Position numbers and translations under genes: made by a program. A model generated the notes under the pieces. The model was not told the DNA's origin and did no database searches. It was given only the letters and a program-made list of their open reading frames with translations. From an uncultured Gemmatimonadota bacterium (GTDB lineage Bacteria > SM23-81), in NCBI GenBank assembly GCA_964584035.1, contig CAZOYL010000011.1, forward strand, positions 1 through 34,449: a DNA stretch of 34,449 bases. The letters run 5' to 3'. Each line of letters starts with the position of its first letter. Position 1 is the stretch's first letter. This document shows, one piece after another, positions 16,596-26,816 of this stretch.

Positions 16596-19562
16596 ATGAG
16601 CCGGAGACGAGGGTTATGGACCATCGGCGGCATCATAGTGCCTGTGCTGACCCTCCTGCTGGCGGGTATGGTTTGGGCGGCTCCCCCTGGCGCATCGGCC
16701 ACGGGCGGGGAACCGCTGGCCAAACCCACCATGGTCAGCCACGCGCATTTTGATGGCAACACCATCGACTGTCTGATGACCAACAACGGGGCCATCGTCG
16801 ATTCCCGCGTGTACAGCAGCTCGGCGATGATGTGGCCCAGGGGCACCGATAAATTCATCGATTATGCCTCGGGCCTGTGGCTGTTGGGCATCGGGCACGA
16901 CGACGGTGCCATCTATTCGGCCTCGACGGAGTATTCCAGTGAATTGAAGGAAGGCCCCTGGCCCTATGCCAACTCATATGCGGATAACGAGGCCTATCGG
17001 ATCTACAAGATCAACGGCGACGGCACCGGCGACTGGGATGTCTGGCCGGTCGATCAGGGCGCTCCCGTCGATGAGAACGGGGACCCGCTGCTGATCGGCG
17101 ATCAGACCATGTGGTGGGTGTGCAACGACGCAAATGAAACGCAGCACTCCGTCTTCTTGAGCAGCCCCCCGATGGACGTCGAGGTCCACGTCATGGTCTT
17201 CGGATTCAACCGCTCCGATCCCATGGGCAACATCATGTTCGTCAAGTGGACCTTCATCAACAAGAGCGATCGGCAGTACGATTCCTGCTACGTGGCCCAG
17301 TGGGACGACCCGGACCTGGGCGATGCCTCCGACGACCTGGTCGGCTGCGACACCACCCTGAGCCTGGGTTACTGCTACAACGGAGGTCCCACCGACGCCA
17401 CCTACGGGGCCACGCCTCCGGCCATCGGTTTCGACTTCTTCCAGGGCCCGGAGTCGCCCAAGGGTAGCGGCAACTACCTGGGCATGACCGGATTCGCCTG
17501 GTACTGGAACGGCGCCCCGGATCCCTTCGATGATCCCGAGATCCCCTCTGAGGCCTTCTGGTTCATGAACGGCTACACCGGCGACGGCACTCCCTATAAG
17601 GATCCGGAAGGCAACATCACCTCGCCCTTCCCCCTGGCCGGCGATCCGGTGGCCGGAATCGGCGACATCGACGGCGTCACCGAGGGACCCGGCGACCGCC
17701 GCTTTCTGATGTCCTCCGGCCCGTTCACCCTGGCCCCTGGAGACAGCCAGGTCGTGCTCGGCGCCAAGATCATCGCCCCGGGAACCAACAACCTCAACTC
17801 TTTGTCCGCTCTGCGTTTCTTCGACGGTTTCGCTCAGAACGCTTACGACAACAACTTCAAGCTGCCCTCGCCGCCCAAACCGGCGGTCGAGGTAACCTCT
17901 CTGGATCGCCAGATCGTGCTCAACTGGCAGGAGGGCGCTGACGACATCGAGCACTATGAGCATTTTACCGGCTATACATTCCAGGGATATAATGTCTATC
18001 AGGGCGCATCCGTCTCCGGGCCGTGGACCCGCCTGGCCACCTTCGACATCATCGACGACTACGGCATCATCTTCGACCAGACCTTCGACGCCGAAACCGG
18101 ACTGGTCCTGGAGAAGCCGGTGCAGTGGGGCGCCAACACCGGGATGCAGCGTTATTTCGTCATCGACGAGGACGCCCTCACCCAGGAGCCGCTGAGCAAT
18201 TACCGCCGCTACTACTTCGCGGTGACCTCATACGCCTTCAACGAGGACCCCGCTGTGGCCCCGCGCACCGTGGAGAGCGCCACCGATGCCATCATCATCT
18301 TCCCGCAGGAGACGTTCGAGGAAGTGGCGGTCGGTGTCGTGGGCGACACCCTGGAGGTGAGCCATGATAGCGGAGGAAGCGACGGCATCATCACGCCCAT
18401 CGTCCTCGATCCTCTGGCCGCCACCGGCGATGATTACCAGATCTCCTTCCATACCGGCATGATCGTGGACAGCTATGGCGACACGGTCGAGGGAACGCTG
18501 TGGAGGCTGACCAACACCAGCACCAACACCGTGGTGCTCGACGATCAGCTGAATCAGTCAAATGATGAAGACTACGAAATTGCCGAGGGCCTGCTGGTCA
18601 AGGTGGCTGGTCCGCCATTGGTGGGCGCCGATTGGGACTATTCCGGGACCCGCTGGTTCAGCTACGTCAACGCCGGCCTGAGCATCTTCGGCGGGGGCAT
18701 CGGCCTGGGCTACGAATTCTTCGGCAGCACCCTGACGGCGGCCGACTACAAGAAGGTGGAGATCCGCTTCAGCAGCACCGAGCAGACCAACTGCAAGGTT
18801 TACCGTCGCGATGAGGGATACGCCGTCCAGGCGGGTCTGGGCACATTTCCCGGGACGGCCTGGGATGTCGACACCGATCCTCCTCGGCAGTTGAATATCT
18901 GCTTCGTGGAGAACAATACCGACGAGAAGCCGGCCAACATGATATGGGACATCGACGACACGGATGTCGGCGGCCGCGAGTACCTGTTCATCATGGACAG
19001 CGACTACGACGCGGCCACCGCCGGCGGGTATGACGACGACAACTTCGGTCCCGAGGCGGACGTCCAGTGGGCCTACTGGGGGAGAGTGAGAGGCGGTTAC
19101 ACCTTACTGGAGGATGAAGGCACCCTGACGCTGATTCCCAACTACGTCAACACCACCAACGACCTGTTCTCCTTCACCGCGCCGGATGCGCCCACGGCCG
19201 GGGATGCCGTGGAAAAGGCCAACCTGGACAAGATCAAAGCGGTGCCCAATCCATACTTCGCCTTCAACCTCCAGGAGCGGATCGCCACCACCCGGTTCGT
19301 CACCTTCACGCACCTGCCCGAACGGGGCGCCACCATCAGGGTCTTCACCCTGGACGGCACCCTGGTCAAGGTCATCGACGATGATGAGCGGACCGACCAG
19401 GGTACCCTGGACACTCCCATGGCTTACTGGTACCTGAGGAACGAGGGAGATGTCCCGGTGGCCAGCGGCATGTACCTGGCGCATATCGAGGTCGATGGCG
19501 TGGGCGATAAAATCCTCAAGCTGGCCGTGTTCATGCCTGAAGAGAGACTGGATTACTTCTAA
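16596..19562 (+). CDS. Large acidic secreted protein with FN3-like domain and T9SS/FlgD-like C-terminal sorting domain; function unknown
   Basis: Signal peptide; Asp/Gly/aromatic-rich; FN3-like IVLNW..FQGYNVY..YYFAVTSY; CTD DKIKAVPNPY...TIRVFTLDGTLVK...WYLRNEGDVPVASGMYLAHI...KLAVF. SD GAGGAGG, ATG 16596. Confidence 0.8.
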   Translation: MSRRRGLWTIGGIIVPVLTLLLAGMVWAAPPGASATGGEPLAKPTMVSHAHFDGNTIDCLMTNNGAIVDSRVYSSSAMMWPRGTDKFIDYASGLWLLGIGHDDGAIYSASTEYSSELKEGPWPYANSYADNEAYRIYKINGDGTGDWDVWPVDQGAPVDENGDPLLIGDQTMWWVCNDANETQHSVFLSSPPMDVEVHVMVFGFNRSDPMGNIMFVKWTFINKSDRQYDSCYVAQWDDPDLGDASDDLVGCDTTLSLGYCYNGGPTDATYGATPPAIGFDFFQGPESPKGSGNYLGMTGFAWYWNGAPDPFDDPEIPSEAFWFMNGYTGDGTPYKDPEGNITSPFPLAGDPVAGIGDIDGVTEGPGDRRFLMSSGPFTLAPGDSQVVLGAKIIAPGTNNLNSLSALRFFDGFAQNAYDNNFKLPSPPKPAVEVTSLDRQIVLNWQEGADDIEHYEHFTGYTFQGYNVYQGASVSGPWTRLATFDIIDDYGIIFDQTFDAETGLVLEKPVQWGANTGMQRYFVIDEDALTQEPLSNYRRYYFAVTSYAFNEDPAVAPRTVESATDAIIIFPQETFEEVAVGVVGDTLEVSHDSGGSDGIITPIVLDPLAATGDDYQISFHTGMIVDSYGDTVEGTLWRLTNTSTNTVVLDDQLNQSNDEDYEIAEGLLVKVAGPPLVGADWDYSGTRWFSYVNAGLSIFGGGIGLGYEFFGSTLTAADYKKVEIRFSSTEQTNCKVYRRDEGYAVQAGLGTFPGTAWDVDTDPPRQLNICFVENNTDEKPANMIWDIDDTDVGGREYLFIMDSDYDAATAGGYDDDNFGPEADVQWAYWGRVRGGYTLLEDEGTLTLIPNYVNTTNDLFSFTAPDAPTAGDAVEKANLDKIKAVPNPYFAFNLQERIATTRFVTFTHLPERGATIRVFTLDGTLVKVIDDDERTDQGTLDTPMAYWYLRNEGDVPVASGMYLAHIEVDGVGDKILKLAVFMPEERLDYF

Positions 19563-19648
19563 TACGAACAGCTCAACTCATAGAAGGTGCGCCCGCCGGA
19601 CCGGTGGGCGCACCGGGGGAATGAACACTGAAAAAAAGGAGTAATCCT

Positions 19649-20722
19649 ATGAAATCCTGGAAGATCTTATTGTTCAGCACGATGTTGCTGGCCGTCTTCA
19701 TCTTCAGCGCTGAGGTCCAGGCCGGCAGCGGGCTGCGAAAAGGCACCGCCGGCGCCACGGAGCTGATGATTCCGATCGGCTCAAGAGGCACGGCGCTGGG
19801 AGGTGCTTTTCTCTCCAACGTCAGCGGCGTGGAGGCTCTCTACTGGAATCCGGCCGGCGTGGCCGCCAGCGATGTCAACACTGAGGTGATGTTCTCGCAT
19901 CTGAACTGGATCGGTGATCTGAACGTGGAGTATGTCGGCCTGACCTCCCGGATGGGAGAGTTCGGCTACCTCGGGGCCAGCTTCAAGACCATCGGCTTCG
20001 GCGACATCGAGCAGACTACGGTGGAGGATCCGGACGGCAATGGGACCATCTTCTCGCCCAATTATCTCACCTTCGGGGTGAGCTTCTCCCGGGCCATGAC
20101 CGACCGGATTCTGTTCGGCATGACCGGAAAGATGATCTCTGAGAAGATCATGCGGGAAAGCGCCCTGGGCCTCGGTTTTGATTTCGGGCTGCAGTACGTC
20201 ACCGGGATCACCGGTCTCAAGCTGGGCATCACCCTGATGAACCTGGGACCGAACATGAAGTTCGACGGCCCCGATCTGGAACACGCGGTTCTTCTCCCGG
20301 ACACCGAGAGCGGCGCCGAAGAGGAGGCCATCCGCACCACTCTGGCCTCCTTCGACCTGCCCTCTTACCTGCAGATGGGCCTGTCCTACGATTATCCGTT
20401 CAACAGTCATCACGTGATCACGGGCATGGGCAGCTTCCAGAATAACGGCTACACCTATGACCAGTATAATTTCGCCGTGGAGTACAACTACGACAACATG
20501 CTCTACCTCAGGGGGGCCTTCACCTCCGCGTATCGCGAGGACGATCCTGTCGAGAACAACGGATTTCTGTCCGGTGATCAGGATTATCTCTGGGGGCCCA
20601 GCTTTGGAGCGGGTTTCAAATTCAACCTGACCCCCAGCACGCCCCTGTCCTTCGATTATGCCTATCGCACGGCGGAATTCTTCGACGCCCCGCAGTGGTT
20701 CACGGTCACGGCTGGCTTCTAA
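19649..20722 (+). CDS. PorV/PorQ-family (FadL-like) outer-membrane beta-barrel
   Basis: Signal peptide; GTAGATELMIPIGSRGTALGGAF...ALYWNPAG; FDFGLQY; NLGPNMKF; FDYAY; terminal Phe. Confidence 0.88.
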   Translation: MKSWKILLFSTMLLAVFIFSAEVQAGSGLRKGTAGATELMIPIGSRGTALGGAFLSNVSGVEALYWNPAGVAASDVNTEVMFSHLNWIGDLNVEYVGLTSRMGEFGYLGASFKTIGFGDIEQTTVEDPDGNGTIFSPNYLTFGVSFSRAMTDRILFGMTGKMISEKIMRESALGLGFDFGLQYVTGITGLKLGITLMNLGPNMKFDGPDLEHAVLLPDTESGAEEEAIRTTLASFDLPSYLQMGLSYDYPFNSHHVITGMGSFQNNGYTYDQYNFAVEYNYDNMLYLRGAFTSAYREDDPVENNGFLSGDQDYLWGPSFGAGFKFNLTPSTPLSFDYAYRTAEFFDAPQWFTVTAGF

Positions 20723-20748
20723 GATCCACAGCGGGCAGTGATCCAGCG

Positions 20749-20784
20749 AAAGGCCGGTTCTCCTCGGAGAACCGGCCTTTTTTT
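20749..20784 (+). terminator. Rho-independent terminator closing the TBDR operon
   Basis: AAAGGCCGGTTCTC-ctcg-GAGAACCGGCCTTT followed by further Ts. Confidence 0.9.
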
Positions 20785-20805
20785 AGCTCGGCGAGCCGGA
20801 AGGTA

Positions 20806-20834
20806 TTGACATGAGTGCCTGAAAATCGTATTAT
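20806..20834 (+). promoter_or_regulatory. sigma70-type promoter for the M23-dnaE gene run
   Basis: TTGACA (20806-20811), 17-nt spacer, TATTAT (20829-20834). Confidence 0.75.
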
Positions 20835-20908
20835 TAGCTGACAGATCGATCGTCCCTATCCCTCCCCGAGAACCGTTCGGTTCACCCCTCGATGGAACTG
20901 CCGAAGAT

Positions 20909-23185
20909 ATGCGTCCCAAGGTCCTTCTGGGTATCTGGTTGTTCCTGTCGCCGCTGGTCTTGCCCCCGGCAGGCGGAGCTTACCATTGGCCTCTGAGCGC
21001 GGTCCCGGCGCTGACCTCCACGTTTGCCGAACATCGTTCCGGCCACCTCCACGCCGGCTTGGATCTAAAAACCTGGGGCCGCCAGGGCTACCAGGTCTAC
21101 GCCGTGGCCGATGGGTATGTCTGGCGAGTGCGGACCTCGCCCTGGGGATACGGCAAGGCTCTCTATCTCAGGTTGGCGGATGGCAGAACGGCCGTGTACG
21201 GCCACCTGTCCTCCTTCGCCGATGATATCCAGAGAGCGGTAGAGACCGAACAGAAGCGTCTGGGTTGCTACAGTGTGGATATCTATCCGCCGCCGGACCA
21301 GATCCCGGTGCGCGGGGGAGAGGTGGTGGCCAGCTCCGGCCGCTCCGGGTGCGCTCATCCCCATCTGCATTTCGAGCTTCGAGATGAACACAACCGGCCG
21401 ATCAATCCTCTCTGCCATGGGTTCACCGTTCCCGACGGACGATCTCCCCGGATGGTCTCGCTGGCCCTGAAACCGCTGGATCAGACGGCTTCCGTCAATG
21501 AACGCCACGAAACGGCCGTTATTCCTTTACGCTGGGACGCCAGCGAGGGATGTTATACCATCTCCTCGACCCCGCATGTGGAGGGCCGGGTGGGACTGTC
21601 CCTGGCCGCCTATGATCTGGCCGACGGGGCTGAAAATCGGCTGCATGTCTATACCATGGAAATGCTGGTGGATGACCAGCCGGCCTTCGCCAGTGAATAC
21701 GGGCAGTTCGATTTCGAAATCAGCGATCAGATGGATCTGGATATCGATTATGATCTCTATCGCCGCGGCCGGGGTATTTACCGGAATCTGTATCTGGCTC
21801 CGGGCAACCGGTTGCCCTTCTACCGGCCGGATCGGAACGGCAGCGGCACCCTGTCGGCCTTCTCTCTGGGGGCCGGTCTCCACTGGATCGTCCTGAGAGC
21901 CGAAGACCGGGCCGGCAACCGGTGTGAGGCGCGCTTCAGGTTACTTCTGGACGAACGGCCCAGGGTGGAACCTTTCGAACTGTCGGCGGATTCTCTGGGC
22001 GTCCTGGCCAGCTTTGGCGCCTCCGATCCCGACGGTTCCCCGGCCAGGGCCTGGGTCGAGATCTCACGGGATCTGGGACAGCATTGGGTCTCGCGGCCAG
22101 CCGTTCCAGCCGGGGAGGGGGAAGCGCAGTTTACGGCCCGGTTCGAACGAGGCACCGCGCCCGTGCTGCTGGCCCGAGCCTGGGCGGAGGATGAGTTCGG
22201 GGTCCGCTCCTGGCCGCGCCTGGAGACGCTGGGAACGCTGCCGGATCGGCCGGGAGAGCCTGATTTTACCTGGCAGGTGGCTTATCATGGGGATTTCATG
22301 GAGGTTTTCGTCGAGCCCAATTGTCTTCTGAGCCAGCCGCCCAAGGTGTTGTTCAACCAGCCGGGACAGGATCCTCGCCCGGTGCCGATGTCCCTGTGGG
22401 AGTGGCAACGTTACCGGGGACGATGTTCTCTGATGGGGGGGCCGGATGGGGAGGTGGTGCTGACGGTGGCGGGCCGCGATCTGTCGGGAAATCTGGGCGT
22501 CGATGCGCTCACTCTGAGAATCGATACCGTTAACCGTGGAGAGGGCGGGCGAGTGGGAGATCTTTCCTCAGGCATCGAGGCCGTTTTTCCGCCCGGAGCC
22601 GTTTATCAGGCTTTTGCGGCCCGGATCGAGGAGACCCGGGCCATAGCCCCGCCGGGAATGAACATGATCGGTCCGGCGTATACTCTCTATCCTCAGGACC
22701 GCGTTTTTGATGAGCCGGCAACGGTCTGGATGCCGGTGCCTCCCCGGGAGGAAACGAATGGGCGCATCGGCCTCTATCGATGGAGGGGCCAGGACAACTG
22801 GAGCTACCTGGGTCGTCTGGTTCGCGAGGAGGGCAGCGCCCTGGGGGCCAGGGTGAAAACGTTTTCCACCTTTGCATTGCTTGAGGATCGCATCGATCCT
22901 CTCATCTGGAGAATCAAACCGGCGGACGGCTCTCGGCTGTCCGAACGGCGCCCGATCCTGTCGGCTGGAATCCGCGACCAGGGCTCCGGCATCGGCAGGG
23001 AGGAAAATGTGGTCTTGAAGCTGGACGGCCGGCAGGTCATCGCCGAATGGGATCCCCCCATCGAAACGGTCCATTACCGTCCCTCTCAGCCTCTTTCCCC
23101 GGGCGAGCATCTTTTCGAGGCGACGGTCACCGACCGGGCCGGAAACCGGTCGAACGCCGTCAGCCGGTTCATCATCCTGCCATGA
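20909..23185 (+). CDS. M23-family metallopeptidase with long C-terminal beta-sandwich region
   Basis: Signal peptide; HLHAGLDL (HxxxD), GYGKALYL, VYGHL, SGRSG..HPHLHFELR (HxH); C-terminal Ig-like modules (DRAGN motifs). Confidence 0.88.
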   Translation: MRPKVLLGIWLFLSPLVLPPAGGAYHWPLSAVPALTSTFAEHRSGHLHAGLDLKTWGRQGYQVYAVADGYVWRVRTSPWGYGKALYLRLADGRTAVYGHLSSFADDIQRAVETEQKRLGCYSVDIYPPPDQIPVRGGEVVASSGRSGCAHPHLHFELRDEHNRPINPLCHGFTVPDGRSPRMVSLALKPLDQTASVNERHETAVIPLRWDASEGCYTISSTPHVEGRVGLSLAAYDLADGAENRLHVYTMEMLVDDQPAFASEYGQFDFEISDQMDLDIDYDLYRRGRGIYRNLYLAPGNRLPFYRPDRNGSGTLSAFSLGAGLHWIVLRAEDRAGNRCEARFRLLLDERPRVEPFELSADSLGVLASFGASDPDGSPARAWVEISRDLGQHWVSRPAVPAGEGEAQFTARFERGTAPVLLARAWAEDEFGVRSWPRLETLGTLPDRPGEPDFTWQVAYHGDFMEVFVEPNCLLSQPPKVLFNQPGQDPRPVPMSLWEWQRYRGRCSLMGGPDGEVVLTVAGRDLSGNLGVDALTLRIDTVNRGEGGRVGDLSSGIEAVFPPGAVYQAFAARIEETRAIAPPGMNMIGPAYTLYPQDRVFDEPATVWMPVPPREETNGRIGLYRWRGQDNWSYLGRLVREEGSALGARVKTFSTFALLEDRIDPLIWRIKPADGSRLSERRPILSAGIRDQGSGIGREENVVLKLDGRQVIAEWDPPIETVHYRPSQPLSPGEHLFEATVTDRAGNRSNAVSRFIILP

Positions 23186-23252
23186 GGCAACAGGCTCGAA
23201 CAGCAAGACCTGATCGCACGGTGAAGTGATCCATTTGAACAGGAAGATCACC

Positions 23253-26200
23253 ATGAAGCCTTTCGTTCATCTTCACAACCACACGCAGTACAGCCTCCTG
23301 GACGGCGCCTGCCGGATCGGCGATATGGTCGCCCTGGCCAAGAGTTATGGAATGCCCGCAGTGGCCATCACGGACCATGGCAACATGTTTGGAGCCGTGG
23401 AGTTCTATCGAAAGACCATGGAAGCGGGCCTTCGGCCCATCATCGGCCAGGAGGTCTATGTGGTTCCGGGAGACCGGCGCGACCGAAAACCCACCCGGCG
23501 GGGGGAGGAAAACTATTACCATCTGGTGCTGCTGGTGAAGAATAAGGAGGGCTATCAGAACCTGATGAAGTTATCCTCCGCTGGATATCTGGAGGGTTTC
23601 TACTACCGGCCCCGGGTGGATAAAGAGATCCTGGCCGAACATCACCAGGGCCTCATTGCCCTGACCAGCTGTCTGCACGGTGAGATCCCGCAGCTGCTGG
23701 TCCGGGGACAGCAGCAGCGGGCTCGCTCGGCCGTCATGGAATATCGCGATATTTTCGGGGACGACAATATATATATCGAGATACAGGATCACGGCATTCC
23801 CGAGGAGAAACAGGTTCTCGGGGAATTGGTGACTTTAAGCCGGGATGTGGGCATCCCCCTGGTGGCCACCAACGACTGTCATTATCTCCGCCGGGAGGAT
23901 GCGGCCGCCCATGATATTCTGCTGTGCATTCAGACCGGAAAGGATTATCAGGATACCGACCGCATGCGGTTCACGACCGATCAGCTGTACTTCAAATCTC
24001 CCCAGGAGATGGAGGAGCTGTTCTCCGATCTGCCGGAGGCCCTGGATCATACCCTTGAGGTAGCTGAGAAATGCCACCTGCTGCTGGATTTCGATCAGGT
24101 CCACCTGCCTCATTTTCCGCTGCCCAAGGGATTCGATAACAGCCAGTTATTCCTTGAAACTCAAGCCAAAAAGGGATTGGCGACGCGCTATGCCAAGGTT
24201 ACGCCCGGTCTGGAGCAGCGGCTGGATTATGAGCTGTCAGTCATCGAGAAAATGGGTTTCAGTGGTTATTTTCTGATCGTCAAGGATTTCATCGACGAGG
24301 CCAGAAGGCAGGGGATTCCAGTCGGTCCAGGGCGGGGCTCGGTGGCCGGCAGCCTGGTCTCCTATGCCCTGGGGATCACCGGTATCGATCCCATCAAGTA
24401 CGATTTGATTTTCGAGCGGTTTCTAAACCCTGAGCGGATCAGCATGCCGGACATCGATATCGATTTTTCCGATCGAGAGCGTGAACAGGTGATTCGCTAT
24501 GTCAGGGAGAAGTACGGCCGGGAAAACGTCTGTCAGATCATCACCTTCGGCACCATGGCCGCCAGAGGCGTAATCCGGGATGTGGGCCGGGTGATGAAGA
24601 TGTCGTATTCGGAGGTGGACCGGATCGCCAAGATGATTCCCGCTGAGCCGGGCATGACGCTGGACCGTGCCCTGGAAATTGTTCCGGAGCTGAAGACCCT
24701 GATGGAGTCGGAGCAGCGATATCGGCAACTGATCTCCTATGCCCGCACTCTGGAGGGCCTGGCCCGGCATGCCTCAACGCATGCGGCCGGGGTCGTCATC
24801 GCGCCCACGATACTCACCGATTATGTTCCTTTATTTAAGAGCAGCAAAGATGAAGTGACCACTCAGTATGATATGAAATCGCTGGAAGCCATCGGGCTCC
24901 TGAAGATGGATTTCCTTGGATTGCGGACCCTCACCGTGATCGACGACACCGTCAGAATGCTCCGCGAACGGGGAGTGGAGATCCATCTGAAAGGACTTCC
25001 CCTGGACGATCCCAAAACCTTTGCCCTGCTGTCCAGGGGAGAAACGGTCGGCGTGTTTCAGTTCGAGAGTTCCGGCATGCGCGACTATCTGCGCAAGCTC
25101 AAGCCCGAGACGCTCGAGGACATGATCGCTATGAACGCCCTCTATCGGCCCGGCCCCCTGGGCAGCGCCATGATCGACGAGTTCATCCATCGCAAGCACG
25201 GCCGGCGGGAGATCTCCTATGAGCACGCCCTGCTGGAACCGATCCTGAAGGAAACTTAAGGAGTCATCGTCTACCAGGAGCAGGTCATGCGGATTGCCAG
25301 CGAGCTGGCCGGTTTCAGTCTGGGAAAGGCTGATTTGCTGCGCCGGGCCATGGGCAAGAAGCAATCCGATGTGATGACAGAACAACGCGAGGAATTCATC
25401 ACCGGGGCTCAAGCCAGGGGTGTTTCACAATCCGTGGCCAATACGATCTTCGACAAGATCGCCCATTTCGCCGGGTACGGTTTCAACAAATCGCATGCTG
25501 CCGGATATGCCCTCATCGCCTATCAGACAGCCTATCTCAAAGCGCATTATCCTCTGGAGTTCATGGCTTCCACCCTGAGCAGCGAGATGGACAATAGTGA
25601 TCGCGTCGTCACCCTGATCAATGAATGCCGCCGCATGGATATCGAAGTGCTCCCTCCCGACGTTCATGACAGTTTCTATGATTTTCGAGTGGTCGATGGC
25701 CATGTCCGCTTTGCCCTGGGAGCGGTCAAGAACGTCGGCCGTGCGCCGGTAGACTCGATCGTGGCGACCCGGGAATCGGGTCAGCGCTTCACCAACCTGT
25801 TCGATCTGTGCGAGCGGGTGGATCTCCGCTGGGTGAACAAACGGGTTCTTGAAAGTTTCGTGCAGGCCGGCGCCCTGGACAGCCTGGAGGGGTACCGGGC
25901 TCAGAAGATGGCCCTGGTACCCAAGGCCATGGAATATGCTCAGAGCCTGCAGCAGGATCGAGAGCGGGGCCAGACCTCTCTGTTTTCGACCCGAGGCGGA
26001 AGCGACGCCCTGAAAACGCCCCGGCCGCAGCTTCCCAACATACCGGAATGGCACATCAACGAGCTGTTGGCCAGGGAGAAGGCTCTACTGGGTTTCTATG
26101 TCTCCGGTCACCCGCTGACCAATTATGAGGATGAGGTAAAGGCTTTTGCCACCCTGTCTCTGGATGATCTGGAGAAGGCCAGGGACGGCCAGGAGGTCTG

Positions 26201-26750
26201 CGTGGCCGGCATCATCACCGCCTTCAAAAGGACGACCGATCGAAAGAATCAATCCATGGCCTTCCTGACCCTGGAGGATTTTTCCGGATCGGCCGAGGCC
26301 ATTCTCTTTGCCGAACCGTTCGAACGGCATCAAACCCTGGTATACAACGACTCGGCTGTTCTGGCCAAGGCCGTCGTCTCGACCCGGGAGGAGCGCAAGG
26401 CGAAGCTCCGTATTTCCGAGATGGTGCCCCTCTCGGAGGTGAGAGAACGGTTCGTCACCACCGTCGGACTCTCGCTGTCGACCACCGGCCTGGAGCCCAA
26501 TTTCATCGAGGCCATCAAAGAGATCCTTCTGCGGCACCCGGGTAAATGTCAGGTCGTTCTGCACCTGCAAACACCTCAGCATCCCCGTATGCAGATCCGT
26601 CCGCGAAAGATCACGGTCCTTCCATCCAAGGAACTGATAGCCCAGTTGAAAAAACTCCTGGGCGATGATAATGTCTGGCTGCGGGCGCCGTGCACCAGAG
26701 GTTTTCCCTGGAGTTCCCGGGGCACCTCACCGGGAGGCTCGAACCGTTAG
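23253..26750 (+). pseudogene. dnaE: DNA polymerase III alpha subunit interrupted by a single in-frame TAA (25257-25259); fragments 23253-25259 and 25287-26750
   Basis: PHP HLHNHTQYSLLDG; GPGRGS; FERFLNPER.SMPDIDIDF; LLKMDFLGLRTL; GFNKSHAA; C-terminal OB-fold. Same frame on both sides of the stop: ILKET*GVIVYQEQVMRIA where homologues read ETYGV. May be a sequencing error rather than a true pseudogene. Confidence 0.93.
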
Positions 26751-26816
26751 CAGAGCTGCTCTCCGGATGCCGAGCAGGAATGTCAAGGCTCACCGTATCA
26801 CCTGTGAGGCGGATCT

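Noticed and set aside
25257..25259. Genome-wide TAA reassignment (alternative genetic code)
   Set aside because: TAA ends several genes at their natural C-termini here (5690, 19562, 20722, 29009, 32843, rpsT), and no other gene shows an internal TAA.
23253..26750. Split-intein DnaE as in cyanobacteria
   Set aside because: No intein sequence flanks the break. The usual insertion site region (AGYGFNKSH) is intact and elsewhere, and the halves are contiguous in frame.
26781..26786. Antisense promoter into the dnaE 3' end (minus-strand TTGACA)
   Set aside because: No -10-like hexamer at 16-18 nt spacing.
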